From: an uncultured virus (IMG/VR IMGVR_UViG_3300027816_000062)
Taxonomy: Duplodnaviria > Heunggongvirae > Uroviricota > Caudoviricetes
Reading direction: 5' to 3' (one strand)
Length of the DNA: 64,000 nucleotides
IMG/VR virus record: IMGVR_UViG_3300027816_000062
Shown here: positions 26,326-37,339 of the stretch, one piece after another
Position numbering within the stretch: the first letter of the stretch is position 1
How the letters are laid out: each line of letters opens with the position of its first letter
The notes under the pieces: model-generated
The model's database searches: none
Told to the model about the DNA's origin: nothing
The model's input: only the letters and a program-made list of their open reading frames with translations
Made by a program: the position numbers and the translations under genes

Positions 26326-27074
26326 TGGATATTGAAAATATCATTGACAAGTGGGCAAAATTAGAGCCCAAAATAAACCGACTTCGCGGGCAAATTGCTG
26401 AACGCAAGGGGGCTAGAGATCAGCTTTTGAAAAACAAGCAAAATGAAGAAAAAAATCAAATTTCTTTAAAAGAAGATCAGTTGTTAGCAGAACAAGCAAG
26501 CCTGTTTTTGCAATCAGAAATTGTAGAGCGAAGACAAAAGGCCACAGAAGCCATAGAATCTATTGGAACTTCTTCATTGCGAATGATTTATGGCGATGAT
26601 TATGCTCTTGTATTCAACACTTTTGACGAAAAGAGAGAAAAAGGCGAAAAGGGCGGATTTAAAATGGAAATTCAAATTAAATCCGATTTGAAAAATCAGC
26701 CATTAATTACAGGATTGATGGGTGAACGGGGCGGAGGCGTTATAGAGGTTACTGCTTTTGGGCTACGCATTGCTGCTTTGGACTGGATGGATTATGACGG
26801 ACCATTAGTTCTTGACGAGGCATGGAAATCTATGTCTGCCGATTCAAAGATTGAGTCAGTTGCTGAATTTTTGAAGTTTTATTCCAAGCACAAAGACCGC
26901 CAAATTATATTTGCCACTCACAGGGCCGATGTTTTTGGTAAATATGCTGATAATATCATAAGAATCTCCAAAGATAATGGGGTCGCGTCCGTTAGGCAGA
27001 TGGAATATGATGAAATTATGCAAGAAGCCGCGCAACTTGCGGCCTCGACAGAAGAAATTGAGGATGATTTATGA
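26325..27074 (+). CDS. sbcC: SbcC/Rad50-like ATPase, C-terminal half
   Basis: Coiled coil, signature-like ERGGG, Walker B LVLDE, H-loop IIFATH. Confidence 0.85.
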   Translation: MDIENIIDKWAKLEPKINRLRGQIAERKGARDQLLKNKQNEEKNQISLKEDQLLAEQASLFLQSEIVERRQKATEAIESIGTSSLRMIYGDDYALVFNTFDEKREKGEKGGFKMEIQIKSDLKNQPLITGLMGERGGGVIEVTAFGLRIAALDWMDYDGPLVLDEAWKSMSADSKIESVAEFLKFYSKHKDRQIIFATHRADVFGKYADNIIRISKDNGVASVRQMEYDEIMQEAAQLAASTEEIEDDL

Positions 27075-27958
27075 AATCTAAAAGAGTGAACAAGGATGAC
27101 GTTGCTGCCGCGATTATTGAGAGGATCATGAGCCAGCCTGTCCCTGCAGAGGGGCAGCTAATGAATCCCCTCAATGCCGAAAAGAAAAACAGAAAATCTT
27201 CTCAAGTTACAATATCCGACATAGACGCAGACAATCTGTCCCAGGACGTAAAGTCTTGGACTGTTCGAACATTTGTTGATTATTTTTCTAAAAAATGGCA
27301 AAAAGAAACGGGCGGAAACTACAAAAAAACCTATACATCTGACCAAATTGTGTTTCAGGATATAGGCAAATTTATGGCAAGTAATGGTCTTGAAAAAAAC
27401 GAATGGACTAAAAAGTTTATTGACTGGTGTTTTAAGAAAAGATCAGACATAACTAAGAAGTCTGGGCACTTTATGCCTCAAACCATTAGAAATTATTTGA
27501 ATCAGTTTTATCAAGATGTTGTTATGCCCATGGTTGAAGACGACAAGATTGACCGAACATATGTTGAGACTCCGATACTTGATGAGATCAAACAAGCCGA
27601 CGCCGACGGCAAGGCTAGTGAGATATTCTTGAGATTTGGCATTCCTATTGCTGCTACTTATTTTGTTGTTTATCGAGGATTTAAAGAGCCAGTTGTAGAA
27701 AAGGGCCTCACCAAGATGATAGATTCTCTTTGTAAAGGGACTCCAGAAGAAAGAGAAAAACTATCGCTTATGTTCCGAAGATCAATAATCCGATCACCAT
27801 ACCCGAAGTGGTTTGTGTTTCTAAATTGGAGAGAAATGTACAAATCCCAGTCTAGTTCATTCGTGGATGAAAATTGGTGGAGAGACTTAGATTACAGAGG
27901 ACAAGAGCTGCCAGAATATCTTAAGTTAAGGCCCGATGATAACGAAAACAATGAATAA
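27071..27958 (+). CDS. Hypothetical protein (replication cluster)
   Basis: 295-aa ORF with ATGA overlap. Confidence 0.75.
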   Translation: MKSKRVNKDDVAAAIIERIMSQPVPAEGQLMNPLNAEKKNRKSSQVTISDIDADNLSQDVKSWTVRTFVDYFSKKWQKETGGNYKKTYTSDQIVFQDIGKFMASNGLEKNEWTKKFIDWCFKKRSDITKKSGHFMPQTIRNYLNQFYQDVVMPMVEDDKIDRTYVETPILDEIKQADADGKASEIFLRFGIPIAATYFVVYRGFKEPVVEKGLTKMIDSLCKGTPEEREKLSLMFRRSIIRSPYPKWFVFLNWREMYKSQSSSFVDENWWRDLDYRGQELPEYLKLRPDDNENNE

Positions 27959-29627
27959 TAACTTTACCGCACATCGCAATGCCATGAGAGAGTTTGATTG
28001 GCAAATACGTTCAAAAAGGCCACTTCTTTACATCATAAGCCACGAGGAGAAGCGTGTTCTAAACGCCATATCAACAGTTTGTGAGCGTGATGATAGGCGA
28101 TGGAAATTGGCCACGTGGGATATCGCATCGGGGCTGCAGTCAAATTATGAAGATATTTTACCCAAAGATGATCTCGCGATGGATCAACTGGATATTTTAC
28201 AATGGTTTGAAGATCAGGCCATGCCAACAAATGATTTCTTAGTGCTTGTGCTTAAAGATTATCATAGATTTCTAGGAGTGGATGGCCAGGTTGGGCAAGT
28301 TGAAAGCAAAGTTATTAGAGCCTTAAGAAACATTAGTCAAGAATCTGCCACAAAACAGAAAGCTATCGTAATATTGTCGCCGTCTCTGCATATCCCTCAA
28401 GAAATAGAAAAAATAGTTAATGTGATCGACTGGCCTTTGCCAGAGACTGAACATATTAATGATCTTGTCTGTTCTATTCTTTCTGCGGCAGACAATCGTC
28501 AAGATTTAAGAGATAAGTTTCAAGCGTCGGGATACAGTGATCAAGAAATGGAAGAAATAGTGCGAGCTTTTCAGGGCCTCACTATAGACGAAGTTGAGAT
28601 GCTAATGTATTACAGCATGCTCACAACAGAAAAACTTGACCCTTCGCTTCTTGCATCACATAAAAGAGATATAATACGCAAAGCTGGTATTCTAGACTGG
28701 ATTGAAATTCAATCGGGGATGGACAGCGTGGGTGGTTTGGTTGCTTTGAAAGATTGGCTAAAAAAAAGACAGGGTGCATTTTCAAAAGAAGCCATAGCCT
28801 ATGGTTTGCCAGCTGACCCCAAGGGTGTTCTTTTGGTTGGTGTTCAGGGGGCTGGTAAATCACTTTGTGCCCAGGCAATTGCATCTTACTGGCGACTTCC
28901 GTTATTAAGGCTGGATATGGGCAAGGTATTCAGCGGTATTGTTGGGTCATCAGAAGAAAACATCCGATCAGTTATTGCCATAGCCGAAAGCGTAAGTCCT
29001 TGTATTTTGTGGGCAGACGAGATTGATAAAGGTCTTTCTGGATCAGCAAGTTCAAATCAAACTGATGGCGGGACGGCAAGTCGTGTCTTTGGATCGCTTC
29101 TGACGTGGATGCAGGAAAAAAAGAAGCCTGTTTTTGTTGTTGCAACAGCCAATGACGTGTCTCAGCTTCCGCCCGAGCTATTAAGAAAGGGAAGGTTTGA
29201 TGAAATATTTTTTGTTGATCTTCCTACTGAACAAGACAGAAAAGATATTTTTAAAATTCACATCCTTAAGCGTGATCGCGATCCGCAATTGTTTGATATA
29301 AAGGCTTTGGCTGCAGAGTCGCAGTCTTTCACAGGTGCGGAAATCGAGGCGGCAATTATTAGCGCCATGTATGAAGCATTCGACGATAGTGCAAGGGAGT
29401 TTACCACTGCTGACATTCTTAAGTCTCTTCAGGAAACTGTTCCACTTGCAGTGACAATGAAGGAAAAGATCGAGATTTTAAGAACATGGGCCAAAACAAG
29501 AGCAAGAAGTGCAAACTACATTAAGCCGATAATAGAGAGCGCGGAGATTACGCAAGCAAGACAAGACATTATGAAAGATATTGAAAACAAAATCCAATCT
29601 GATGACGTAGAAGAAGAGTATCTATGA
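27951..29627 (+). CDS. AAA+ ATPase, Ycf46-like
   Basis: [25 protein letters not shown]...[13 protein letters not shown]. Confidence 0.9.
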   Translation: MNNNFTAHRNAMREFDWQIRSKRPLLYIISHEEKRVLNAISTVCERDDRRWKLATWDIASGLQSNYEDILPKDDLAMDQLDILQWFEDQAMPTNDFLVLVLKDYHRFLGVDGQVGQVESKVIRALRNISQESATKQKAIVILSPSLHIPQEIEKIVNVIDWPLPETEHINDLVCSILSAADNRQDLRDKFQASGYSDQEMEEIVRAFQGLTIDEVEMLMYYSMLTTEKLDPSLLASHKRDIIRKAGILDWIEIQSGMDSVGGLVALKDWLKKRQGAFSKEAIAYGLPADPKGVLLVGVQGAGKSLCAQAIASYWRLPLLRLDMGKVFSGIVGSSEENIRSVIAIAESVSPCILWADEIDKGLSGSASSNQTDGGTASRVFGSLLTWMQEKKKPVFVVATANDVSQLPPELLRKGRFDEIFFVDLPTEQDRKDIFKIHILKRDRDPQLFDIKALAAESQSFTGAEIEAAIISAMYEAFDDSAREFTTADILKSLQETVPLAVTMKEKIEILRTWAKTRARSANYIKPIIESAEITQARQDIMKDIENKIQSDDVEEEYL

Positions 29628-30451
29628 GCAAAGACTCCGATGAAAACATTTTTTTAAAAAGCATGAATCTTAATGCTGATGATCTAAGGGCAAAAGATCA
29701 GGCCAGAAGAATGCGAGAAGACATTGGCTGCAGCGATTGCAATTACCTTGGTTATGTCCTTACCAGCAATGGTTCAGGGGCTTTGTGCAAGTGCATGAAG
29801 AAAAAAACGTATCATAAGTTGTTTGATGAAGCTGCGATACCCAGGATTTGGTGGGAAAAAACTCTTGATGATTGGGACACTCGCCAAGACTCGAAGGGAT
29901 ATGATCTTGGCTCTCAACAAAATGTTAGCAAGAAAATCAAAAGACTTTTCGCCTTCTATGCCAAAAACTTAAAGAATATTGCTGCGGGATTCCCCCCGTC
30001 AATTACGCACAGCAGTGGTATTAAAGACAAATTACACTCTCTGGTTTTGGAAGGAGGAAACGGGAGTGGAAAAACATTCCTAATTGCAGTAATGCTTCAA
30101 GATGCTTTAAAAATGGGGCTTACAGCACATTTTATTGAGTGGAGCGATTTAATTGATGCCTGTCGATCCTTCCAAAAAGAAGACGAACTAAATCACTTGC
30201 GTGATGTTTTTGAAAAATATGATTTGGTGGCCATTGATAACACCGTCCCTTATGACAACCTTCCAAATCATTGTTTTGTACAATTAGACAGATTTTTTAG
30301 AGCTAGGCTTAACTCTGGCAAACCAACTCTTATCGGGGCAGAACCTGGATGGGAAAATACTAATGCTGGCTCGGGATGGCGAGCTTTAACATCAAATTGT
30401 CTTGTGGTGCATTTGCCACGAACAGACCAACGAACAAATTCGAGAATGTAA
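29624..30451 (+). CDS. DnaC/IstB-like helicase loader
   Basis: CxxC...CxC Zn site, Walker A GGNGSGKT, LVAIDN; directly upstream of DnaB. Confidence 0.78.
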   Translation: MSKDSDENIFLKSMNLNADDLRAKDQARRMREDIGCSDCNYLGYVLTSNGSGALCKCMKKKTYHKLFDEAAIPRIWWEKTLDDWDTRQDSKGYDLGSQQNVSKKIKRLFAFYAKNLKNIAAGFPPSITHSSGIKDKLHSLVLEGGNGSGKTFLIAVMLQDALKMGLTAHFIEWSDLIDACRSFQKEDELNHLRDVFEKYDLVAIDNTVPYDNLPNHCFVQLDRFFRARLNSGKPTLIGAEPGWENTNAGSGWRALTSNCLVVHLPRTDQRTNSRM

Positions 30452-30452
30452 A

Positions 30453-32021
30453 ATGAACTTAAGCCAACAAGATATTGAAATTGCAATTTTGGCACATATT
30501 ACTCGCAATCCGAAGGCAATGGACAAAATTGAAGCGAGAAAAATCACAGAGGATCACTTTGTTTTTGTAGAAGATGGTGCTAAAAACTCATACACCAAGG
30601 CTCTTTTTATTTTGGCTAGAAATTATTGGCGCGATTCAGGGGGGTCATTGTTAACGCAAAATGTTCTTGAAGCCAAGATGATTGAAAGCTCGATGAAAGA
30701 CAAGTCGCGAGAAAAATTCCTGACTTTATGGGCAAATATTGATGACTTTGATGTAGACGACAATGATCTGTATGAATTTATTAGTCAATTAAAAAACAGG
30801 CATTGTTTAAGAATTATCAATAATCTATTCAAAGAAGGCGCAACTACACTAACTGAAGACGGAATACCCGAAACACTTCAAGTAATTCAGAAGCATGTTG
30901 ATGCCGTTCATGAGCAAATTAATGAAATTGGCGGAGATATTGAAAGATTGGATATTTCAAATTCTCATGATTATTTTCAAGAGGAGTATCAAAAGCGCAT
31001 CGATAAACCAGAGCTTTTCAGGGGCATCCCTTGCGGCTTAGATGAAATAGACTCCAAGACATTCGGCTGGCTACCAGGCCAAATTATTGTATTTTTGGCT
31101 CCTAGCTCGGGCGGGAAATCAGTCATGCTTTTAAACTCGGCGCTTCATGCTCATGCTCAAGGCAAGAATGTTTTATATTTCAGCTTTGAAATGAACTCTT
31201 GGCTGTGTCTTTTGCGCCATTTATCTCTTCAGTTTAAAATTCCTTATGCACAGCTAAAAGACGTGACATGCACCCCAGAGCAAATGAAACAAATATCTGA
31301 TGGCTTATCACAAATGTCGTCAAATGGTGCATATTTTGAATATGATGTCAACATGGAAGACCCTACCCCAGAATATATTGATAGCCGAATTAGAGAACTG
31401 ACGGCTACCAAGGGCAAGCCAGACATCTTAATTGTAGACTACATTGGAAATATGACTGTTAGAAATCCTCAGTCGAACTCAAAAGATTGGGAAAATCAAT
31501 CAAAGGCGGTTGAGCAGCTGTTTGTTATGAGCAAAAGATACTCCATACCAACATTAACAGCCCAGCAAATTAACAGAGACACAATTCGTGATGCAAGAAA
31601 ACAAAAAGAAAACAATAAATTCATGAGTTATGACCAAGCCGCGGCGAGCGGTGGCCAAAAGTTGCTGCACCTTTGTACCTATGCTATCGCCATGGAGCCT
31701 TACAAAGAAGAAGGCGTATGCGTGTTCCATCCTGTGAAAATGCGAGACGCTTGGTTCCACCCATTTCCAGCACTGTTAAAGCGCGAATATAATGAAATTT
31801 CATCAATGGATGATGGTGAAAAAGAAGAGTGGATGAATCTGCATCGCATGAGCGCAGGGGGTGGTTCAACGAGTGACAAAGCTGATAACAATAAGATTCA
31901 TACGGTTAGAAATGAAGTTCGCAGAGCCAATGACGATGATGATGGCGGAGATGAAGGCTGGGTTGTTGAAGAAACAACATCCGATGAGAACCTTGATCTT
32001 GGGGATTGGTCACTAGGGTAA
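30453..32021 (+). CDS. dnaB: DnaB-like replicative helicase
   Basis: APSSGGKS, FSFEM, IVDYI, TAQQINR. Confidence 0.9.
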   Translation: MNLSQQDIEIAILAHITRNPKAMDKIEARKITEDHFVFVEDGAKNSYTKALFILARNYWRDSGGSLLTQNVLEAKMIESSMKDKSREKFLTLWANIDDFDVDDNDLYEFISQLKNRHCLRIINNLFKEGATTLTEDGIPETLQVIQKHVDAVHEQINEIGGDIERLDISNSHDYFQEEYQKRIDKPELFRGIPCGLDEIDSKTFGWLPGQIIVFLAPSSGGKSVMLLNSALHAHAQGKNVLYFSFEMNSWLCLLRHLSLQFKIPYAQLKDVTCTPEQMKQISDGLSQMSSNGAYFEYDVNMEDPTPEYIDSRIRELTATKGKPDILIVDYIGNMTVRNPQSNSKDWENQSKAVEQLFVMSKRYSIPTLTAQQINRDTIRDARKQKENNKFMSYDQAAASGGQKLLHLCTYAIAMEPYKEEGVCVFHPVKMRDAWFHPFPALLKREYNEISSMDDGEKEEWMNLHRMSAGGGSTSDKADNNKIHTVRNEVRRANDDDDGGDEGWVVEETTSDENLDLGDWSLG

Positions 32022-32022
32022 T

Positions 32023-32697
32023 ATGAACAATTCAGACAATTCGCGATCATTGCTTCAGTCCTTGTCTGATGTTAAATCCAAGGGCAGGATAAGCAGTCAG
32101 GTTATTGATGAAATGCTTGCAGTTGCAGACATAAAAGAAATCTTGGAACAAGAGTATGATCTTTACTTTGACCCCAGCACAAATGGCTGGTGGAATACTA
32201 ATTGCCCAATGCCTGGCCACGATGATAAGTCCCCAAGTTTTGGTGTGCATCCTGAAAGCGGAATGTATAACTGTTTTGGATGCATGGAAAAAGGCACTTT
32301 GCTGACATTTATTCAGAAAGTTGAGGGCCTAAGTTTCCCTGAGGCCGTGCAAAGGTTGTCGCAGATAACTGGGGTGAACATGGATGAAGCCCATGGCGAG
32401 CTTCACAGGACGGTCAGGGGCATTAATGAAGCAATTGAAGACTACTTAAACCGAACTGCACAAACTGATCTTCCAGGCGGAATGACAGAGGCTGCTTTTA
32501 TGCGGGCAGTTGCTTCGCGCATAAAAGCGTTTGAGTTCAAAGCAGGATGTACCAATCAAGCCTATGATTTTTCAGAAGAAGTTTACAAAAACTTGGATGA
32601 TATGATGTATGCTCAAGATTATAAAGGACTAAACAAACTTTGGCACGAGCTTGGAAAAAAAACGCGATTTGCACTAAAACTAACAAAAAAGGAATAA
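32023..32697 (+). CDS. Primase zinc-binding (CHC2) subunit
   Basis: CPMPGHDDKSPSF...YNCFGC...EGLSFPEAV; no TOPRIM domain. Confidence 0.85.
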   Translation: MNNSDNSRSLLQSLSDVKSKGRISSQVIDEMLAVADIKEILEQEYDLYFDPSTNGWWNTNCPMPGHDDKSPSFGVHPESGMYNCFGCMEKGTLLTFIQKVEGLSFPEAVQRLSQITGVNMDEAHGELHRTVRGINEAIEDYLNRTAQTDLPGGMTEAAFMRAVASRIKAFEFKAGCTNQAYDFSEEVYKNLDDMMYAQDYKGLNKLWHELGKKTRFALKLTKKE

Positions 32698-32701
32698 TGA
32701 T

Positions 32702-32986
32702 ATGATTGACGATCTTTATAATATGAATGAAACACCATCGCGAGGCGACATCGCAGAGAAGTTAAATGAATCGACACAAACATCACCAGAAGAAGTTACA
32801 ATTCAAGTTGTGTTGTCTGGTGTTGGGGCGGCAAGATATAATTTTGTCAAAAGCCTGTTGATGATTTCTTTGGGTATGTCTGAGCGTGATGCGGATGCGT
32901 ATATTTGCAGAGTAGGAGCAGAAACAGAAATTAGCAAACTTGCTGAGCTGTGGAATAAAAAAGAAAACTCTAATGAAGGGCGCTGA
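32702..32986 (+). CDS. Hypothetical protein
   Basis: ORF in operon. Confidence 0.65.
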   Translation: MIDDLYNMNETPSRGDIAEKLNESTQTSPEEVTIQVVLSGVGAARYNFVKSLLMISLGMSERDADAYICRVGAETEISKLAELWNKKENSNEGR

Positions 32987-33953
32987 AGTCATAGTATATC
33001 CCGAAATAGCAGCGAAAGCTTTAAAAATTGGCGAAGCTGATCTTTACGTCATGTGGCTGTTATTAAGAGCCATGAGCGCTCGCGGTGATGGTCGGGGCAT
33101 CATCACCGTTGATGATATCAAGAATACTTGTGAAAAGGTTTTCGGAGTTACGCAAAAGTGGGCATACTCAAAAATCAATGACGGCATAGGTAAGTATTGG
33201 CGTGCTCCCGACGGTAAAAAGGGCTCCAGAACGGTTGGCTTAATGGGGCAAAGGTTGGTTCACGATCACCTTAAACCAGAAATGACACGATCAGAGCCAT
33301 TTGTTATTCCCGCGAGCTTATTCAAAGCGAGTGAAGGCTTGAATTTTAAAAAGATAAAGCAATTACTGATTGCCCTTATTGCAAGTCGCTTTGTTGACAA
33401 TAGGCCAGTAACTATCGACCAGATTGTAGAGCATACGGGGCTTTCTGAGTCAACAATCAGAAATGCCCTTAAAGAATGTGCGCTAATTACAAAAGTTGCC
33501 AATTATGAAATTGTTCATAAGGCAAGTACCCACATAGAGGCCAAGGCCGTGCAACGAGCGTTATGTGTTCAAAGCAAGAAATTTCGCCTTGCTCAACAAA
33601 ATGGAACCTGGATTGTTGCCAAGCAGATGGGCAATACTTATAGGGTTCCCGAAACGAATCGACTTCCATTGCGTATAAGGCCAAAGGAACTAAAGAACTT
33701 CGACAAAGACAATGTTTCTTTATATGGAAAAAAGCGCTTTTATAACAAAAAATCTAAATCAAAACACAATGGAATTTATTGTGTAGACCACACTTATGTA
33801 AGTGACCAAAAAGCAGCGCTATGGACAACAAAGGTTATTGAGTCTACAAAACTACCTCGAAGTCATGCTGGAAAATGGTGCAGGCTGATTAAATTCAGTG
33901 CTCGTGGGAAAAATCCATTAAACACGAGTGTCAAGACGCAAAATAATGACTAA
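32973..33953 (+). CDS. Basic HTH-containing protein
   Basis: TIDQIVEHTGLSESTIRNAL HTH. Confidence 0.65.
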   Translation: MKGAEVIVYPEIAAKALKIGEADLYVMWLLLRAMSARGDGRGIITVDDIKNTCEKVFGVTQKWAYSKINDGIGKYWRAPDGKKGSRTVGLMGQRLVHDHLKPEMTRSEPFVIPASLFKASEGLNFKKIKQLLIALIASRFVDNRPVTIDQIVEHTGLSESTIRNALKECALITKVANYEIVHKASTHIEAKAVQRALCVQSKKFRLAQQNGTWIVAKQMGNTYRVPETNRLPLRIRPKELKNFDKDNVSLYGKKRFYNKKSKSKHNGIYCVDHTYVSDQKAALWTTKVIESTKLPRSHAGKWCRLIKFSARGKNPLNTSVKTQNND

Positions 33954-34028
33954 AATAAATTAAGAGTTATTTTCACACATAACTCAAACCAGATGAATGA
34001 CTGCCGACGCGGCGTCTGGATATTAACC

Positions 34029-37000
34029 ATGTGTAATCAATGCAATAATATTAATCACAAGCAGGATTTTGTTCACCTGCACGCCCATACTCACTTTTCT
34101 GTACAGGATGCCCTGCCGTCGCCAACAAAATATGCTTTAAAGGCGAGAGAGATGGGTTTTCCCGCTGCTGCCATTACCGACCATGGCAAAATGGGCGGGG
34201 TTATCGAGTTTGTTGACGCATGTCGCGCTCCACATGAAAAATTCGCCCCGATTAAGCCACTGATCGGATGCGAGGTATACACATGTGAAGATAGATTTGA
34301 TAAATCCAAGGATGAAAATGGCGGGCGAAGAAAGCTTAATCACCTGACCCTCATTGCCCAAAATGAAGTCGGTTACAAAAATCTACTGAGAATGACCGCA
34401 ATCGGGGCCGATCCAGATGCATTTCATTATAGCCCGCGAATTGATTGGGAAGTACTAAAGGCTCACAGCGAGGGCGTCATTGCCCTTTCGGGATGTCTTG
34501 CGAGCGAACTTTCTCAAGCGCTATTAAAAGAAGATAGAGATTCAGCCAGTGAAATTGTGAAGAGATTTAAAGACGTATATGGCGAAAGATATTATATTGA
34601 ACTTCAGTATCATGGAATTCCAGAGCAAAAACACAATTTGCCATTGCTCTGTGAAATGGCCAGGAAATATGATGTTCCTATGGTTGCGTCAAACGATGTT
34701 CACTACATCAACAATGATGATTGGCAGTTACATGATGTTCTGATACAAATGCGAGACATTCGCGAAGACAAAGGAAGTGAAAAAAAGAACGGAAAGAAAG
34801 AAGCCTACGGGACGCATCAATTTTGGCTTAAATCAGAGCCTGAAATGCGCAGGATTTTCGAATCCAATGTTCCTGAGTCGATTACAAATACTGTGGCCCT
34901 GGCCGAAAGTGTCGAAGACTTTCTCAAGTTAGATGTCCCGCACTTGCTTCCCCCTGCCAATGTGCCCATGAATGATGAGCGGTTCTTAGGATTTTGGAAG
35001 TCTCACTTACCTCACCATAAGCCCAATGAAGCTTATCTAGCTTTTTTGACATTCGAGGGCATGAAGCGTCGGGAGCATGACCAAAATAAAGAATATGTGA
35101 AAAGAGCCAAGTATGAGCTTACTCAAATTTGGAACATGGGTGTCACCGACTACTTTTTAATTCAAAGAGAAATGGTTGAGTTTATGAAATCTCAAAACAT
35201 TTATTTTGGAATTCGTGGATCAGGCGTGGGCTCGTTGGTGAATTATTATCTTGAAGTTTGTTCAGTTGATCCAATAAGATGGAACTTGATGTTTGAGCGA
35301 TTTTTAAACCCTGGCAGAGGCAATCAATACAAAATAAATTACGATGTTTTGCCAACATCAGAGTGGAAACAAACAAGTTTGGCCGAACAGGATCAACAAG
35401 AAGCTGTTAAAAGATTGCGAAAGAATGCAAAAGAATTCCTGGCACAAAACCCTGATCTTGAGGATCGTGCTCCTGATATTTCTCGTGAGATTTGGGTTTT
35501 GGAAAACCAGGGGCTTGCTACATATTTGTGTGACCTTTCGGATCGAGGAATAACGTCTAAGACAAATGACAGCCATCTATGGACTGCATATATAATGGGG
35601 ATTACTCCCGAAAAACCTGATGGTGACATGATCGTTAAAAAAGTCGCCACCCTGCCTGACGTAGACACTGATATTGATGGTTCGCGCCGAGAAGAAGTAA
35701 TCGACTGGGCAAAAGATAGATTTGGCCATGATCGCGTTGCACAAATCGGCACATGGGGGACTTATGCCGCCAAGGCCTCTGTTGTTGGCTCTCTTAAGAC
35801 GAGCACTAAATTCAAAGAAAGGTTTCGTGACTCAACTCATGCCATGGCGCTAAGAGTTTCAGGTTCTATTCCCAAAAGACCAGGTATCACTATCGATGAA
35901 GCCATTATGGAATCTGAGGATTTTGCCTATTATTATGGAACTTGGAAATCAGAAATTGACATTGCAAAACAGCTTGTCGGGACAATATCCAACCTCGGAG
36001 TTCATGCTGGCGGCGTTTTGGTTGCAAGCGAGCCCATTTGTGATCACAGTCCGATAGAAAACTCCAAGGGAACGCTTTGTTCTGGTTACGATATGAAATC
36101 AGTTGAGCGAGTTGGCCTAGTTAAGTATGATTATCTTGGGCTTGCAACATATGAACAAATATCCATCGCCTTGGGACTGATTAAAAACAGACATGGAATA
36201 GACATCATTTTAGACGAAATACCACTTGAAGACCCGAAAGTGTTTAAGAATATCTATGCAAAGGGCAAAACTAGCACAGTGTTTCAGTTCGCGTCCAAGG
36301 GAATGCAAGAAGCCCTAAGAATGGTTGAGGCATCTAATACAGAAGATTTAATTGCTGTGGCCGCTCTTTATCGTCCAGGGCCAATGGAATATATTCCTCA
36401 GTATGCAGAAGGAAAGAAAAAGCCAGAAGAAGTTCGCTATGCCCATCCGTTAATTAAGAAGAATTTGTCCGTTACTTACGGCATTATGGTATATCAAGAA
36501 CAGGCTATGTTTTTGGCAAGAGACATGGCTGGATTTGACTGGAACGAAGTTGACAAACTGCGAAAGGCAATATCAAAGAAAAGTGGCAAAGACTTTGATG
36601 AAGCCTGCAATCTATTTAGAGAAAAGTCAATTAAACGCGGGATACCTGCAGCTGCGGTAAACGAAGTTTTGGGACTGATGTCTAAGTTTGGTGGCTATGC
36701 CTTTAATCGATCACATGCATGTTCTTACGCAATTTTGTCTTATTGGACCGCATGGCTTAGATATTATTATCCTTCAGAGTGGATCGCTGCTTGTATTCAA
36801 GTAGACCGAGATGACGCTGACAAGATGGCTATTTTTTCTCGCGAGTGCAGAAACGAAGGTATTAATCTTTGTGCCGCAAATGTTAATGAGTCAGGGCTGA
36901 ATACAACAGTAAACAAAAAAGGGGACATTATGCTGCCGCTTACCTCTATAAAAGGCGTGGGGCAAAAAGCCAGCGACATTATCGCGCATCAGCCTTTTGA

Positions 37001-37337
37001 TTCTTTGAGAGATATGTGCTGGAGAACTAAAGCAAATCGCAAAATGGTTCAGTCTATGGCCGAAGGCGATGCACTTTATGTTTTCCCTGAAATCAACGGA
37101 AATTCCGTGGATGAAATTATGGAAATTTGGGATGATTTGGTTAAAGAAAGAGTCTCAGAAGAGAAGCGCATAGAAAAAGAAAAGAAAATGCGCTATAAAG
37201 TTGATTCGCCAATTCAACAATCCCATAGCACAGCGCCTAACACGAGGGCTACAAGAGCCTCTCGGCCTGCGCCGTCAAAGAAGAAGATCAAGGGGTCTAT
37301 GAATCGTGTATTTTCGGATGAATTTTTTGGAGATTAA
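34029..37337 (+). CDS. dnaE: DNA polymerase III alpha subunit
   Basis: FVHLHAHT PHP domain, RGSGVGSLV, FERFLNP, PDVDTD, HAGG, KYDYLGL, YAFNRSH. Confidence 0.95.
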   Translation: MCNQCNNINHKQDFVHLHAHTHFSVQDALPSPTKYALKAREMGFPAAAITDHGKMGGVIEFVDACRAPHEKFAPIKPLIGCEVYTCEDRFDKSKDENGGRRKLNHLTLIAQNEVGYKNLLRMTAIGADPDAFHYSPRIDWEVLKAHSEGVIALSGCLASELSQALLKEDRDSASEIVKRFKDVYGERYYIELQYHGIPEQKHNLPLLCEMARKYDVPMVASNDVHYINNDDWQLHDVLIQMRDIREDKGSEKKNGKKEAYGTHQFWLKSEPEMRRIFESNVPESITNTVALAESVEDFLKLDVPHLLPPANVPMNDERFLGFWKSHLPHHKPNEAYLAFLTFEGMKRREHDQNKEYVKRAKYELTQIWNMGVTDYFLIQREMVEFMKSQNIYFGIRGSGVGSLVNYYLEVCSVDPIRWNLMFERFLNPGRGNQYKINYDVLPTSEWKQTSLAEQDQQEAVKRLRKNAKEFLAQNPDLEDRAPDISREIWVLENQGLATYLCDLSDRGITSKTNDSHLWTAYIMGITPEKPDGDMIVKKVATLPDVDTDIDGSRREEVIDWAKDRFGHDRVAQIGTWGTYAAKASVVGSLKTSTKFKERFRDSTHAMALRVSGSIPKRPGITIDEAIMESEDFAYYYGTWKSEIDIAKQLVGTISNLGVHAGGVLVASEPICDHSPIENSKGTLCSGYDMKSVERVGLVKYDYLGLATYEQISIALGLIKNRHGIDIILDEIPLEDPKVFKNIYAKGKTSTVFQFASKGMQEALRMVEASNTEDLIAVAALYRPGPMEYIPQYAEGKKKPEEVRYAHPLIKKNLSVTYGIMVYQEQAMFLARDMAGFDWNEVDKLRKAISKKSGKDFDEACNLFREKSIKRGIPAAAVNEVLGLMSKFGGYAFNRSHACSYAILSYWTAWLRYYYPSEWIAACIQVDRDDADKMAIFSRECRNEGINLCAANVNESGLNTTVNKKGDIMLPLTSIKGVGQKASDIIAHQPFDSLRDMCWRTKANRKMVQSMAEGDALYVFPEINGNSVDEIMEIWDDLVKERVSEEKRIEKEKKMRYKVDSPIQQSHSTAPNTRATRASRPAPSKKKIKGSMNRVFSDEFFGD

Positions 37338-37339
37338 TA

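Noticed and set aside
35319..35654. Intein in DnaE
   Set aside because: No C/S/A start block and no HN-C/S/T end; looks like a duplication insert
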